Below the pieces are notes generated by a model, which saw only the letters and a list, made by a program, of their open reading frames with translations, was not told the DNA's origin and made no database searches. Positions 46,416-54,560 of a DNA stretch of 58,339 nucleotides are shown here, one piece after another (position 1 is the first letter of the stretch; each line of letters begins with the position of its first letter). Source of the DNA: a virus (lineage: Duplodnaviria > Caudoviricetes). Where the stretch lies: IMG/VR virus record IMGVR_UViG_3300032224_000787, positions 1-58,339 of that record; one strand, given 5' to 3'. The position numbers and the translations under genes are program-made.

Positions 46416-46473
46416 TGTGGTAGATAGAGAAGAAAGGCGTGTCGTAACTGATGCGCCTATTTCTTTTACCACA
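46416..46473 (+). other. Long imperfect intergenic hairpin (possible RNase III site)
   Basis: TGTGGTAGA..AGAA..AGGCGTGTC / GATGCGCCT..TTCT.TTTACCACA; no U tail. Confidence 0.55.
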
Positions 46474-46487
46474 CAATACAAAACAAC

Positions 46488-46760
46488 ATGACACCATTTG
46501 AACAAGCACAAGAACAAGTAAAAAACGGAGAGCTAAAAGCCCCGAGAGTATCTAACAATCAAGGCAGCATAGACTACTTTGGATATCAATTATCAGTACA
46601 CCATTTCAATCTAAAGATTATGGCATCAGGCATGAAATTCAAAGGCGTAAAGTTTACCGACCTAAAGAAATACTACGGACTAAAAGGTAGAACGGCAAAA
46701 GATTGCCTTCATCAGTACGAACAAATCATGTCCGAATATAAACAGAGTCTAAACAATTAA
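46488..46760 (+). CDS. Hypothetical early protein
   Basis: ORF; LKKYYGLKG motif. Confidence 0.7.
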   Translation: MTPFEQAQEQVKNGELKAPRVSNNQGSIDYFGYQLSVHHFNLKIMASGMKFKGVKFTDLKKYYGLKGRTAKDCLHQYEQIMSEYKQSLNN

Positions 46761-46771
46761 TACAAAACAAC

Positions 46772-46861
46772 ATGAGAAAACTAATCACCATTACCGCAAT
46801 CATTGTAGCCATGAGTAGCTGCAAGAGTACAAAGTATCACAGCTGCGATGCATACAATTAG
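46772..46861 (+). CDS. Tiny putative lipoprotein (29 aa)
   Basis: MRKLITITAIIVAMSS-CKSTKYHSCDAYN; lipobox-like MSSC; same leader as gene 46488. Confidence 0.55.
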   Translation: MRKLITITAIIVAMSSCKSTKYHSCDAYN

Positions 46862-47027
46862 AGACATCCTGGACTTATTAGATGAGTTCATAGAAGAGGG
46901 CAATGCTATGTGCATTGATGGCTTATGGCGTACACAATGTGCGCAGTATAGCAATAGATTAACTAAAGAAGAGTTAATCAAATACTTTATTAAGGAATAC
47001 TATCCCGAATACAACGACAAATACTAA
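46848..47027 (+). CDS. Hypothetical early protein (59 aa)
   Basis: MHTIRDILDLLDEFIEEG...EYNDKY fills the gap before the JAB gene. Confidence 0.55.
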   Translation: MHTIRDILDLLDEFIEEGNAMCIDGLWRTQCAQYSNRLTKEELIKYFIKEYYPEYNDKY

Positions 47028-47032
47028 CAACA

Positions 47033-47473
47033 ATGAAATTACCACAAACAAAAATTACCGTCAAGACTAAGAAAGGTGACGGCATTACGTATCAAATGAA
47101 GAGCAGTGCAGATGCTGCCCAATTCTTCCGCACTATATTCGATGCGGATACAATACAATGGACTGAAGAGAGTGCCATGATCATACTCAATCGTGCTAAT
47201 GAAGTTATCTCAGTAGATAAACTAGCAAGCGGAGGTACATCAGGTGTAATCGTAGATACAAAAGTAGTGTTCACTCGTGCTCTATCAGTAGCAGGGCATA
47301 GTATTATACTAGCACACAATCACCCATCAGGCGCACTCAAACCAAGCGAGCAAGACATTGATATAACTCGCAAGCTACGCAAGGCCGGAGATATACTAGA
47401 CATACAAGTACTAGACCACATCATTCTATCAGATAGCGGATACCTATCAATGGCAGACGAAGGATATATTTAA
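47033..47473 (+). CDS. RadC-like JAB/MPN domain protein
   Basis: E...IILAHNHPSGALKPSEQD...VLDHIIL JAB metal-binding motif. Confidence 0.9.
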   Translation: MKLPQTKITVKTKKGDGITYQMKSSADAAQFFRTIFDADTIQWTEESAMIILNRANEVISVDKLASGGTSGVIVDTKVVFTRALSVAGHSIILAHNHPSGALKPSEQDIDITRKLRKAGDILDIQVLDHIILSDSGYLSMADEGYI

Positions 47474-47492
47474 TAACCAAAAACAAATAAAA

Positions 47493-47762
47493 ATGAGTAA
47501 GCAATTAACAAACGAAGACTTAATCAAAAACTTGATGAACTATAGCCCATACGGTGGACTATGCCAAGCTTTTATTATGCAAGGACTCGAAACATTCTGC
47601 GATGAGGTAATATCAAGGAAAGAAGAGATGATTAAAGAAGAAGAAGAAATGATGCTAGAAAACAGAATACCAATCGTATCAGTCAAAGGATGGGTAGGTA
47701 TAGCTGAAGATATCAAAGAAAGAATTCGATTCTTCTACGACCAAGGTAAACTTAAATACTAA
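47493..47762 (+). CDS. Hypothetical early protein
   Basis: ORF in early operon. Confidence 0.7.
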   Translation: MSKQLTNEDLIKNLMNYSPYGGLCQAFIMQGLETFCDEVISRKEEMIKEEEEMMLENRIPIVSVKGWVGIAEDIKERIRFFYDQGKLKY

Positions 47763-47774
47763 TAACAATCTACC

Positions 47775-48083
47775 ATGAAAAAGATAACAGCACAAGCAGT
47801 CGATGCATTCATGAACGCTCGACCATTCAAAAAAGACAACATGACAATAGAGGTGTTGCCAAATGTAACCATCATGAAGCTATACAGTAATCGCATTGCG
47901 TACCGATATAATGACCCTGAGCGCACTTTATCCATCTCGACAACAGGATGGTTCACCAACACCACGAAAGAGCGTCTAAACGCAATTCCTGGAGTACGCA
48001 TACACCAAAAGAATTGGCAATGGTATCTCAATGGTGATCAATGGGACGGACAATTAATAGATGTAAAAGGATTAGGAGTATAG
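47775..48083 (+). CDS. Conserved phage early protein
   Basis: GWFTNTTKERLNA...QKNWQWY motif. Confidence 0.7.
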   Translation: MKKITAQAVDAFMNARPFKKDNMTIEVLPNVTIMKLYSNRIAYRYNDPERTLSISTTGWFTNTTKERLNAIPGVRIHQKNWQWYLNGDQWDGQLIDVKGLGV

Positions 48084-48084
48084 T

Positions 48085-48270
48085 ATGGTCAAGTGGTTTT
48101 ACATACCTGGCAATAAGAAAGGAGTAATGCATATTCAAGTACTTGATTGGGACACGAAAGAAGTCCTGCGTAATTGGAAATGCACAGATCAAATGGAAGC
48201 ATATGAGTATCTCTCTGAGGTAACTACTCACTACTATGCAGATAAAGTAATGAACTATTTAATTAAGTAA
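48085..48270 (+). CDS. Hypothetical early protein
   Basis: ORF in early operon. Confidence 0.6.
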   Translation: MVKWFYIPGNKKGVMHIQVLDWDTKEVLRNWKCTDQMEAYEYLSEVTTHYYADKVMNYLIK

Positions 48271-48272
48271 CT

Positions 48273-48632
48273 ATGGGACGATATTATTCAGGAGACATTG
48301 ACGGAAAGTTTTGGTTCGGTGTCCAATCAAGTAACGCAGCAGATAGGTTTGGGCAAAGAGGATATGAGCCAAACTATATTGAGTACTACTATAATGACAA
48401 TGACTTAGATGAAGTTGAAGCAGAGATAAAAAGAATTGAGAATGAGTTAGGCGATAAGCTTGAGGTTCTCAATAAATTCTTTTCGGAACGCTATGGCTAT
48501 AGCGATGCTGATTTATCTTCTATTGGCATCGACAATCATGACATCAGTGAGTATGCTGACCTTGGATTAGGTAAACAAATTAGAGATTGTATTAAACAAC
48601 ATGGCGTGTGTTCATTCACAGCTGAATTATAA
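48273..48632 (+). CDS. Conserved acidic phage protein
   Basis: MGRYYSGDIDGKFWFGVQSS...C.F.AEL. Confidence 0.7.
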   Translation: MGRYYSGDIDGKFWFGVQSSNAADRFGQRGYEPNYIEYYYNDNDLDEVEAEIKRIENELGDKLEVLNKFFSERYGYSDADLSSIGIDNHDISEYADLGLGKQIRDCIKQHGVCSFTAEL

Positions 48633-48649
48633 ACCAATATATATATACC

Positions 48650-49054
48650 ATGAACAATTTAATTAACATTCAAGAACGCATGGACATCATGCAAGCAGAA
48701 TTAAACACATTGCAGTTATTAGTAAATGACTTCAAGGAAGAGCAGAGTAAGCCAGTAGATAAGTATGAGTTATCTGACCTAGTAAGAGAAACCATTGTGC
48801 AGTTACTCGACAGGTTTATTGACCATAATGTATTCGATCAACTTGATAGATCACACCAAGAAAATGTATCAATTGGTTGCATTGACATCGATATCACATT
48901 CGACCTACAAGATATCGTATCTGATCAAATAGCTTCATCACATAGATTAGCAAATGATTTTGTAGATGAACTTATCAGAGAGCTAGATGAATTAAAAAAT
49001 AATGAAGAAGATGAAGCTACTGAGTCCGGGGAGCAGCAACACCAAGACTGCTAA
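48650..49054 (+). CDS. Acidic hypothetical protein
   Basis: D/E-rich ORF. Confidence 0.65.
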   Translation: MNNLINIQERMDIMQAELNTLQLLVNDFKEEQSKPVDKYELSDLVRETIVQLLDRFIDHNVFDQLDRSHQENVSIGCIDIDITFDLQDIVSDQIASSHRLANDFVDELIRELDELKNNEEDEATESGEQQHQDC

Positions 49055-49703
49055 GAACCCAATCAAAAGTTACATCATGCATCTTTCACCATACAAGCAG
49101 AATAGCTATGGTAAGAATGTATGTGGTCACGCATCAGTAGGATGTGCTACGGCTTGCCTTAACTCGGCAGGTCGTGGTGCATTCTCTAATGTACAATCAG
49201 CTAGGATACGCAAGACTGATTACTTCCTATCGGATAAGTCAGCGTTCCTCTCTCAGCTTTGGGGAGAACTTACCACTGTCAACAAAAATAATGCAGAAGT
49301 TGCGGTGCGTTTGAATGGTACTTCCGACATTGACTTCCTTGGATTACTTAAACTAAAGCTTAATGTAGATGCGCTCAACACGTTGACTAACATTAAGTTC
49401 TATGATTACACCAAGAATCTCAAGCGTGCAATACAATACCTGGGCACTGATTATCATTTGACATTTTCAAGGTCAGAGACCAATGATTTAGAATGTATTG
49501 AGTATCTTAGATTAGGAGGAAATGTAGCTGTAGTATTCGATACGTTACCCGATACATGGAATGGATTTCATGTGGTAAGTGGAGACGAAGATGACCTCAG
49601 GTACACCGATGAGCGAGGAGTTGTTGTAGGCCTCGTTGCAAAGGGTAAAGCAAAGAAAGATACAACGGGATTTGTTATTAACCACACCGCATTAGGTGTA
49701 TAA
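49002..49703 (+). CDS. Gp88-like protein
   Basis: CGHASVGCATACL Cys cluster, VRLNGTSDI, FYDYTK, YHLTFSRSE, GDEDDLRY motifs. Confidence 0.75.
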   Translation: MKKMKLLSPGSSNTKTAKNPIKSYIMHLSPYKQNSYGKNVCGHASVGCATACLNSAGRGAFSNVQSARIRKTDYFLSDKSAFLSQLWGELTTVNKNNAEVAVRLNGTSDIDFLGLLKLKLNVDALNTLTNIKFYDYTKNLKRAIQYLGTDYHLTFSRSETNDLECIEYLRLGGNVAVVFDTLPDTWNGFHVVSGDEDDLRYTDERGVVVGLVAKGKAKKDTTGFVINHTALGV

Positions 49704-49714
49704 AATTATCTACC

Positions 49715-50020
49715 ATGAAGACACCAATTAAATACGAAATCATGTCAGCAATGCTCAAGTATGTAACTAATGCGAGCGCTGACGGATACGGACAGCTTAA
49801 GACAATGGATGTATACGCTGTATTCGGAGACCGCACTAAAGAGTTCCTTGAGTACCTTAAGAAAGACCCAATCATCAAGGTGAGTACATACGGATGGACA
49901 TATGGTACATACCAAGGCATCGGCGGCCTACATGACATCAAGGATGAGAACTTCCGCATGATGTGCCAAGAGGCTTGGGCAAATAACAAAAGTAAAACTG
50001 CAAACTTAAACCAATGGTAA
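49715..50020 (+). CDS. Hypothetical early protein
   Basis: ORF in early operon. Confidence 0.65.
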   Translation: MKTPIKYEIMSAMLKYVTNASADGYGQLKTMDVYAVFGDRTKEFLEYLKKDPIIKVSTYGWTYGTYQGIGGLHDIKDENFRMMCQEAWANNKSKTANLNQW

Positions 50021-50205
50021 GAGTATATTTCGAGAGAGGTGGGCACGCTGAGTTAGTCGCTGTGTTCATTGATGAGTACACATACAATGATTGTGTGCCG
50101 GCATTAGAGCGCCTATGTAAAGACATGGGCTTTGATAAGATGACTGAGTCGGTTGAGCACTCGTTAAAAAGTAGATTATTAATAAGCCAAATAGAGGAAT
50201 TATGA
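50014..50205 (+). CDS. Hypothetical early protein
   Basis: Overlap-coupled ORF. Confidence 0.6.
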   Translation: MVRVYFERGGHAELVAVFIDEYTYNDCVPALERLCKDMGFDKMTESVEHSLKSRLLISQIEEL

Positions 50206-50447
50206 GAATATGTGATGCAACAGGTGAACACATGACTGATGGCTATGTAGTTGACAACGGCAGCACGCTTTTGTACTTCAGTGAAAAGAAGTATTTAATT
50301 GAGCACCTACGAACACTTGAATGGATTGATGCTGACGGCAATGAAGTTAAGCTAGATGATGATCGAGACTTACTTGATTACTTCTATGCAGAGGAGTATT
50401 ATTATTACACAACCTTTGATGATGATGACTACGATGAGGAGATTTGA
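50202..50447 (+). CDS. Acidic hypothetical protein
   Basis: Overlap-coupled ORF with acidic C-terminus. Confidence 0.65.
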   Translation: MRICDATGEHMTDGYVVDNGSTLLYFSEKKYLIEHLRTLEWIDADGNEVKLDDDRDLLDYFYAEEYYYYTTFDDDDYDEEI

Positions 50448-50625
50448 GAACCTGATATACCTATTCGCCGGGATTGCAATAGGTATGCTTATGGCTGCAA
50501 CACTATACGAAAAAGAAATACAAAAGGTATATAGTACTGTGCAGATACCCAAGACTACCGACATAACTGATGACGTTAATGATTATGCCAAGGGATACTA
50601 CGAACACTTAATAAAAACAAAATGA
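50434..50625 (+). CDS. Small membrane protein
   Basis: Likely start MRRFENL at 50434; one TM segment. Confidence 0.55.
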   Translation: MRRFENLIYLFAGIAIGMLMAATLYEKEIQKVYSTVQIPKTTDITDDVNDYAKGYYEHLIKTK

Positions 50626-50834
50626 AAAGAGTATTAGCGGATGATACACGTAAGTATCTATTGAAAACAATTATCGAAACTGAATTCTCAAAAACCCTTG
50701 GAGGCTTAGATGCTGAAACAATTGCAGAGCTATCACTGGAAGACGATGAGGAGTTAGTGTATACTATATGTGAAATAGCATTTAGCCTATCACATAAACT
50801 AAATGATTTAATTAATCTAAGACAACAACAATGA
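50622..50834 (+). CDS. Hypothetical protein
   Basis: Overlap-coupled ORF. Confidence 0.6.
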   Translation: MKRVLADDTRKYLLKTIIETEFSKTLGGLDAETIAELSLEDDEELVYTICEIAFSLSHKLNDLINLRQQQ

Positions 50835-51061
50835 ACAAAGAATTCGAATGCCTAGTAGGTAAGAAGATATCAGGTGTAAGGTACATGACTGATGGCGAGG
50901 CTAAAGACTTTGGCTTCTATAAGAAACCATTAGTAATTGTATTTGAGGGCGGTGACTTTATGCTGCCAGTACAAGATGACGAATGCAACGATGGTGGTGC
51001 AGCGTTATTCTTTGAGCGACAAAAAAATGGATATAAAGAAACACTAATCTATACAACATGA
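50831..51061 (+). CDS. Conserved phage protein
   Basis: LVGKKI..VRYMT..E...P..DDE.ND.GA motif. Confidence 0.65.
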   Translation: MNKEFECLVGKKISGVRYMTDGEAKDFGFYKKPLVIVFEGGDFMLPVQDDECNDGGAALFFERQKNGYKETLIYTT

Positions 51062-51683
51062 GTACATTTAAAATAATCTTCTTAGATATAAATGGAGATG
51101 AACTTTATTCAAAGGTAGATCGATTCTATGATGAGAAAGATGCAAGCCAATATGCCAACAAAGTTGTAGCAAACGGCAGACACAACGAACATTCATTTGA
51201 AATACATGAACTATGAGTACGTATCACATATTCTACACACGTAAGGATAAGTTACCAACAGGCATTAATATCTCTGCAATAAGTGAGATAGATGCAATAA
51301 AGAAGTTTACTTCTGAGCATCAATACGATGAAATAATATACATAGCTAAACAAGAAACGTTATGGTCACTTCAGAAGATGTAATACAGGTAGCTGAGTAT
51401 CTCCAGATTGATATTAATCAAGGTATCATTAATGAGGTTCTCAGGAGATACAATGAGTATGCAATCGGTGATCACATAGAAGATCAATTCAGGGCAATTG
51501 AAATCATATTGTATGGAATCATATTGTAGATGATTAAAGTACTTGTACTACCTACATTGCTATTCATTATGGCAATAACATTCAAGTTTAATTCGTTTAT
51601 TAAAGTAACCTATGGCATTATTCTAGCTGTATCACTAGCAGTCATAATAATAATCAAGACAATGAAAAAAAATGTAAATTAGA
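51058..51683 (+). other. Run of very small (<60 aa) plus-strand ORFs
   Basis: Successive overlap-coupled short ORFs (e.g. 51058-51216, next from 51213) below the ORF-track cutoff. Confidence 0.5.
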
Positions 51684-51685
51684 GT

Positions 51686-52072
51686 ATGAAAATTATAGAC
51701 ATATTACTTCAAAGATTACCTGAAAGATATGTTGACCTAGTCGTTAGCAACATGGATGATTTCAACGTAGCGTACAATGAAGAAGGTACGCTTGCATCAG
51801 TAGAACTCATGACGCTATTTGATTGGGAACAGTCTAGAGAAGGCTATGACTTTTGGGACCAGGTGTACCTATACTTACTCGGTGAATCAGAACTACCACA
51901 ACTTCCAATAGATATTATATATACCCCATCTACCGTGTTGGTGATGAAGGATGGTATGTACGTTATGAATTCGGGAGGATCCGGTATAAGTATCAAGTAC
52001 GAAATCATTATGCCTGAGCTTAAGAAAGCAAATAAGAAGGCTAGTGATCAGGTTTATGCATGGCTTAATTAA
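51686..52072 (+). CDS. Hypothetical protein
   Basis: F.W..SREGYDFW motif. Confidence 0.65.
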   Translation: MKIIDILLQRLPERYVDLVVSNMDDFNVAYNEEGTLASVELMTLFDWEQSREGYDFWDQVYLYLLGESELPQLPIDIIYTPSTVLVMKDGMYVMNSGGSGISIKYEIIMPELKKANKKASDQVYAWLN

Positions 52073-52112
52073 AAAATATCACTATCAAATTTTTTTATTT
52101 CAAAATGTTTAA

Positions 52113-52120
52113 TACATTTG
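52113..52120 (+). promoter_or_regulatory. Bacteroidota sigmaA -7 element
   Basis: TACATTTG. Confidence 0.6.
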
Positions 52121-52121
52121 T

Positions 52122-52220
52122 AGTGTCTAACTCCACCCTAGACACTTAGTTTTAGCATTATATCATGGTAGATATATATAAGACCCTAGTCGAGGTGGAG
52201 AAGCGGCTAGGGTTTTTTCT
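52122..52220 (+). ncRNA. Small RNA/leader: 5' hairpin plus terminator with complementary loops
   Basis: AGTGTCTA/TAGACACT hairpin with loop CTCCACC; terminator ACCCTAGTCG/CGGCTAGGGT + T tract with loop GGTGGAG. Confidence 0.6.
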
Positions 52221-52535
52221 TTTTACATATCCTAAAGACCCGAAGTAAAGGCGCAGTATTTAAGCGAGATACCCCTCCGAGTCACAAGCAAGGATTTCGG
52301 AGTCTTAGGGTTCGAGAGATGGAATGATTCCGAATTAAAATAATTAATCTTAAATGATGCAAAAGGGTTTTCTCATGACTTGTTACCCGGCATCAGCCTC
52401 AAATGAAACTAAGAACTCAACGGAAGTAAGTTATATATGGTGATTAACTAGTCAACTCTTTGCTTTAGGGGGAGCAGGGGGTTGACTTGTTTTTTAATCA
52501 CCTTAATTCTACGTCAAATCTAACAAAAGTAAGTT

Positions 52536-52778
52536 ATGAAATCTAGAAAACGAATACACGTTAATCAACATCACATTAGGTCCAACAAGACAAAAGGTAC
52601 TGATTTACCTGTTATAACAATCAAGCAAGGTAAAACAAATACCTACTGCAACGAAGTAAATATACTAGGTCCTAGTAAAATAATTTATTCTGGTTCTGGT
52701 TGTGATGTAAATCCTTTATTAGGTTGTGGCGCAAGAGTAGTTATTGAGACTTATGCCGATTTAGAAATAATAAAATAA
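52536..52778 (+). CDS. Conserved phage protein
   Basis: KRIHVNQHHIRSN...L.CGARV.IET motif. Confidence 0.7.
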   Translation: MKSRKRIHVNQHHIRSNKTKGTDLPVITIKQGKTNTYCNEVNILGPSKIIYSGSGCDVNPLLGCGARVVIETYADLEIIK

Positions 52779-52782
52779 AACA

Positions 52783-53028
52783 ATGGAAACTAAATTAGAA
52801 AGATTAAACCCTGAACAGATTATGTTCAACTTGTCATTCATGTTTATGAAAAACAATCCTGAAATGACACTAGCACAAGCTTGTGAATTCGGTACCAAGT
52901 GTGGTCACGCAATCATCGAAGCATTCCAAAGACAAGGATTAGAACCACCTAAAGAATATGTTGAGGCAACATCACTGCTGTATACAAGATTAGTAGAACA
53001 AACTATAATTGAAAATGAAAAACAATGA
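52783..53028 (+). CDS. Hypothetical protein
   Basis: ORF in operon. Confidence 0.6.
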   Translation: METKLERLNPEQIMFNLSFMFMKNNPEMTLAQACEFGTKCGHAIIEAFQRQGLEPPKEYVEATSLLYTRLVEQTIIENEKQ

Positions 53029-53246
53029 ATCAGACACCGAAAGATAAAGCGAAAGAACTATTTGATAAGTTCATGAAGCCAATAGACGGCTTACATAAAT
53101 ATCCAATGTGTTTTGATACGGCCAAACAATGCGCCATGATTGCAGTTGATGAAGTAATTGAGGCTTTACACGAGCATCATTGGCAAAATAGACTAATAAT
53201 AGATTATTGGGAAGAAGTTAAAAACGAAATTGAAAATTATGGATAA
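53025..53246 (+). CDS. Conserved Bacteroidota-phage small protein
   Basis: TPKDKAKEL...AKQCA.IAVDEVI...YWEEVK.EIE. Confidence 0.7.
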   Translation: MNQTPKDKAKELFDKFMKPIDGLHKYPMCFDTAKQCAMIAVDEVIEALHEHHWQNRLIIDYWEEVKNEIENYG

Positions 53247-53595
53247 CTGGAATAAAGCTTGGGAAGAAGCAATGAGAAAAAGATTTAATGAGGGCATAGA
53301 GAAGTTGTATACTAGCATTAGTCACGGAAAGATTAGTAATGGATACCTTGACCTTATGAACTCACCTGAGAAACCTGTAAACGTAGAAACCATTACTGAT
53401 CCTGTAATCGAAATGCTCAAGCAAAAATTTGATGAACGTAGCCAAGCAGGAATCAATAAGTATGGTACAACACTAGCTGATAATAACCACGATGATTTCC
53501 TTATGCACCTGCTAGAGGAACAGATGGACAGCTGCGCATATCTAATGAAATTAATCTTAGATAGAAGAGGTAATAATTTACCTGATATTAAATAA
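53230..53595 (+). CDS. All-alpha MazG-like/nucleotide-associated protein
   Basis: RSQAGINKYGTTL...HLLEEQMD..AY motif. Confidence 0.5.
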   Translation: MKIMDNWNKAWEEAMRKRFNEGIEKLYTSISHGKISNGYLDLMNSPEKPVNVETITDPVIEMLKQKFDERSQAGINKYGTTLADNNHDDFLMHLLEEQMDSCAYLMKLILDRRGNNLPDIK

Positions 53596-53599
53596 ATTT

Positions 53600-53631
53600 T
53601 TTGGTAAATAAAACTTAAGTTGTTATATTTG
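53600..53631 (+). promoter_or_regulatory. Bacteroidota sigmaA promoter (-33/-7)
   Basis: TTTG (53600-03), 20-nt spacer, TATATTTG (53624-31). Confidence 0.7.
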
Positions 53632-53649
53632 TAGCAAATCAAATCACTT

Positions 53650-53934
53650 ATGAACAAAAAGAAAGGTATTCGAGACCTTATGAAATCGAAGCGATACAGT
53701 GCTGTGCACCTCAAAGAAGCTCTAATTGAACGCAATGTTCCTGGCAATTGGGATACGTATCAGAATGTTTACAACTTAATGTCCGGTAGAACTCCTCGTG
53801 ATTCTTATGCCTTCATTGTAATTGCAGATTTGCTTGATGAAGATCTAAGAAATATCCTGATGAGATACTCTACTGTACAGGAAGATGTAATGATTAATGT
53901 AAGAAAAGAATTAGAAGAAGATTTTAACTGGTAA
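53650..53934 (+). CDS. Putative HTH DNA-binding protein
   Basis: First gene after the promoter; TYQNVYNLMSGRTP...IADLL resembles an XRE HTH. Confidence 0.5.
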   Translation: MNKKKGIRDLMKSKRYSAVHLKEALIERNVPGNWDTYQNVYNLMSGRTPRDSYAFIVIADLLDEDLRNILMRYSTVQEDVMINVRKELEEDFNW

Positions 53935-53936
53935 TT

Positions 53937-54155
53937 ATGAGCGAAGAAACAATTGTATCATTCCATATGGATGTAAAAGAAAATAACTTTCAAATGGAGT
54001 TGAAAGGTAAACACAGCGATGTATTAGCTGCATTTTTGTATGCTATGAGTGAAGAGCCTGGGCTGTATCAATTAATGAAGATGGCATCATCCATCTACGA
54101 ATCTCAAGATTTCAAGAATGAATTCAGTAAACAACAAACGCAAGGAGATGCGTGA
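53937..54155 (+). CDS. Hypothetical protein
   Basis: ORF in operon. Confidence 0.6.
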   Translation: MSEETIVSFHMDVKENNFQMELKGKHSDVLAAFLYAMSEEPGLYQLMKMASSIYESQDFKNEFSKQQTQGDA

Positions 54156-54215
54156 TAAAGCAGTAGACTTAATAGGAACTATAATCGGATTAATAATCTT
54201 AATTTATTTTTACTC

Positions 54216-54513
54216 ATGAACTTAAATGAACTAACAAGACCATTAGATATTAGTGACATCGACTTCCGAGTACAGTCAATTAATAACGGTGGCTATGCTA
54301 CAATATTAGCATACAAGGACGCACGTGTGGACATGGCACGATTAGATGCTGCTGTTGGACCATTAGGATGGCAACGTAAGCATGAGTTTATTAACGGCAA
54401 GTTATTCTGCCACGTAGGTATTTATTCTGCTGAATATGTTGACTTCGTATGGAAGTCTGACGTAGGTACTGAGTCAATGACTGAAGCAGCCAAGGGCGAA
54501 GCATCCGATGCGT
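54216..54513 (+). CDS. sak: Rad52/Rad22-family single-strand annealing protein (Sak-like), exon 1
   Basis: LAYKDARVDM.RLD..VG..GWQ...C.VGI...WKSDVGTES..EA.KGEASDA; joined to exon 2 it gives KGEASDAFKRSCFNWGIGRELY. Confidence 0.85.
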
Positions 54514-54548
54514 TAACAAATTAATATCTGTTATTTGCCATTTATTCT

Positions 54549-54556
54549 TATATTTG
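54549..54556 (+). promoter_or_regulatory. Intron-internal sigmaA -7 element, leaderless arrangement
   Basis: TATATTTG-CATT-ATG. Confidence 0.6.
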
Positions 54557-54560
54557 CATT

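Noticed and set aside
50567-53870. Other CTGATGA words (e.g. near 50567 and 53858) as extra hammerheads
   Set aside because: Inside coding regions and lacking the stem II-GAAA-stem III-NUH arrangement
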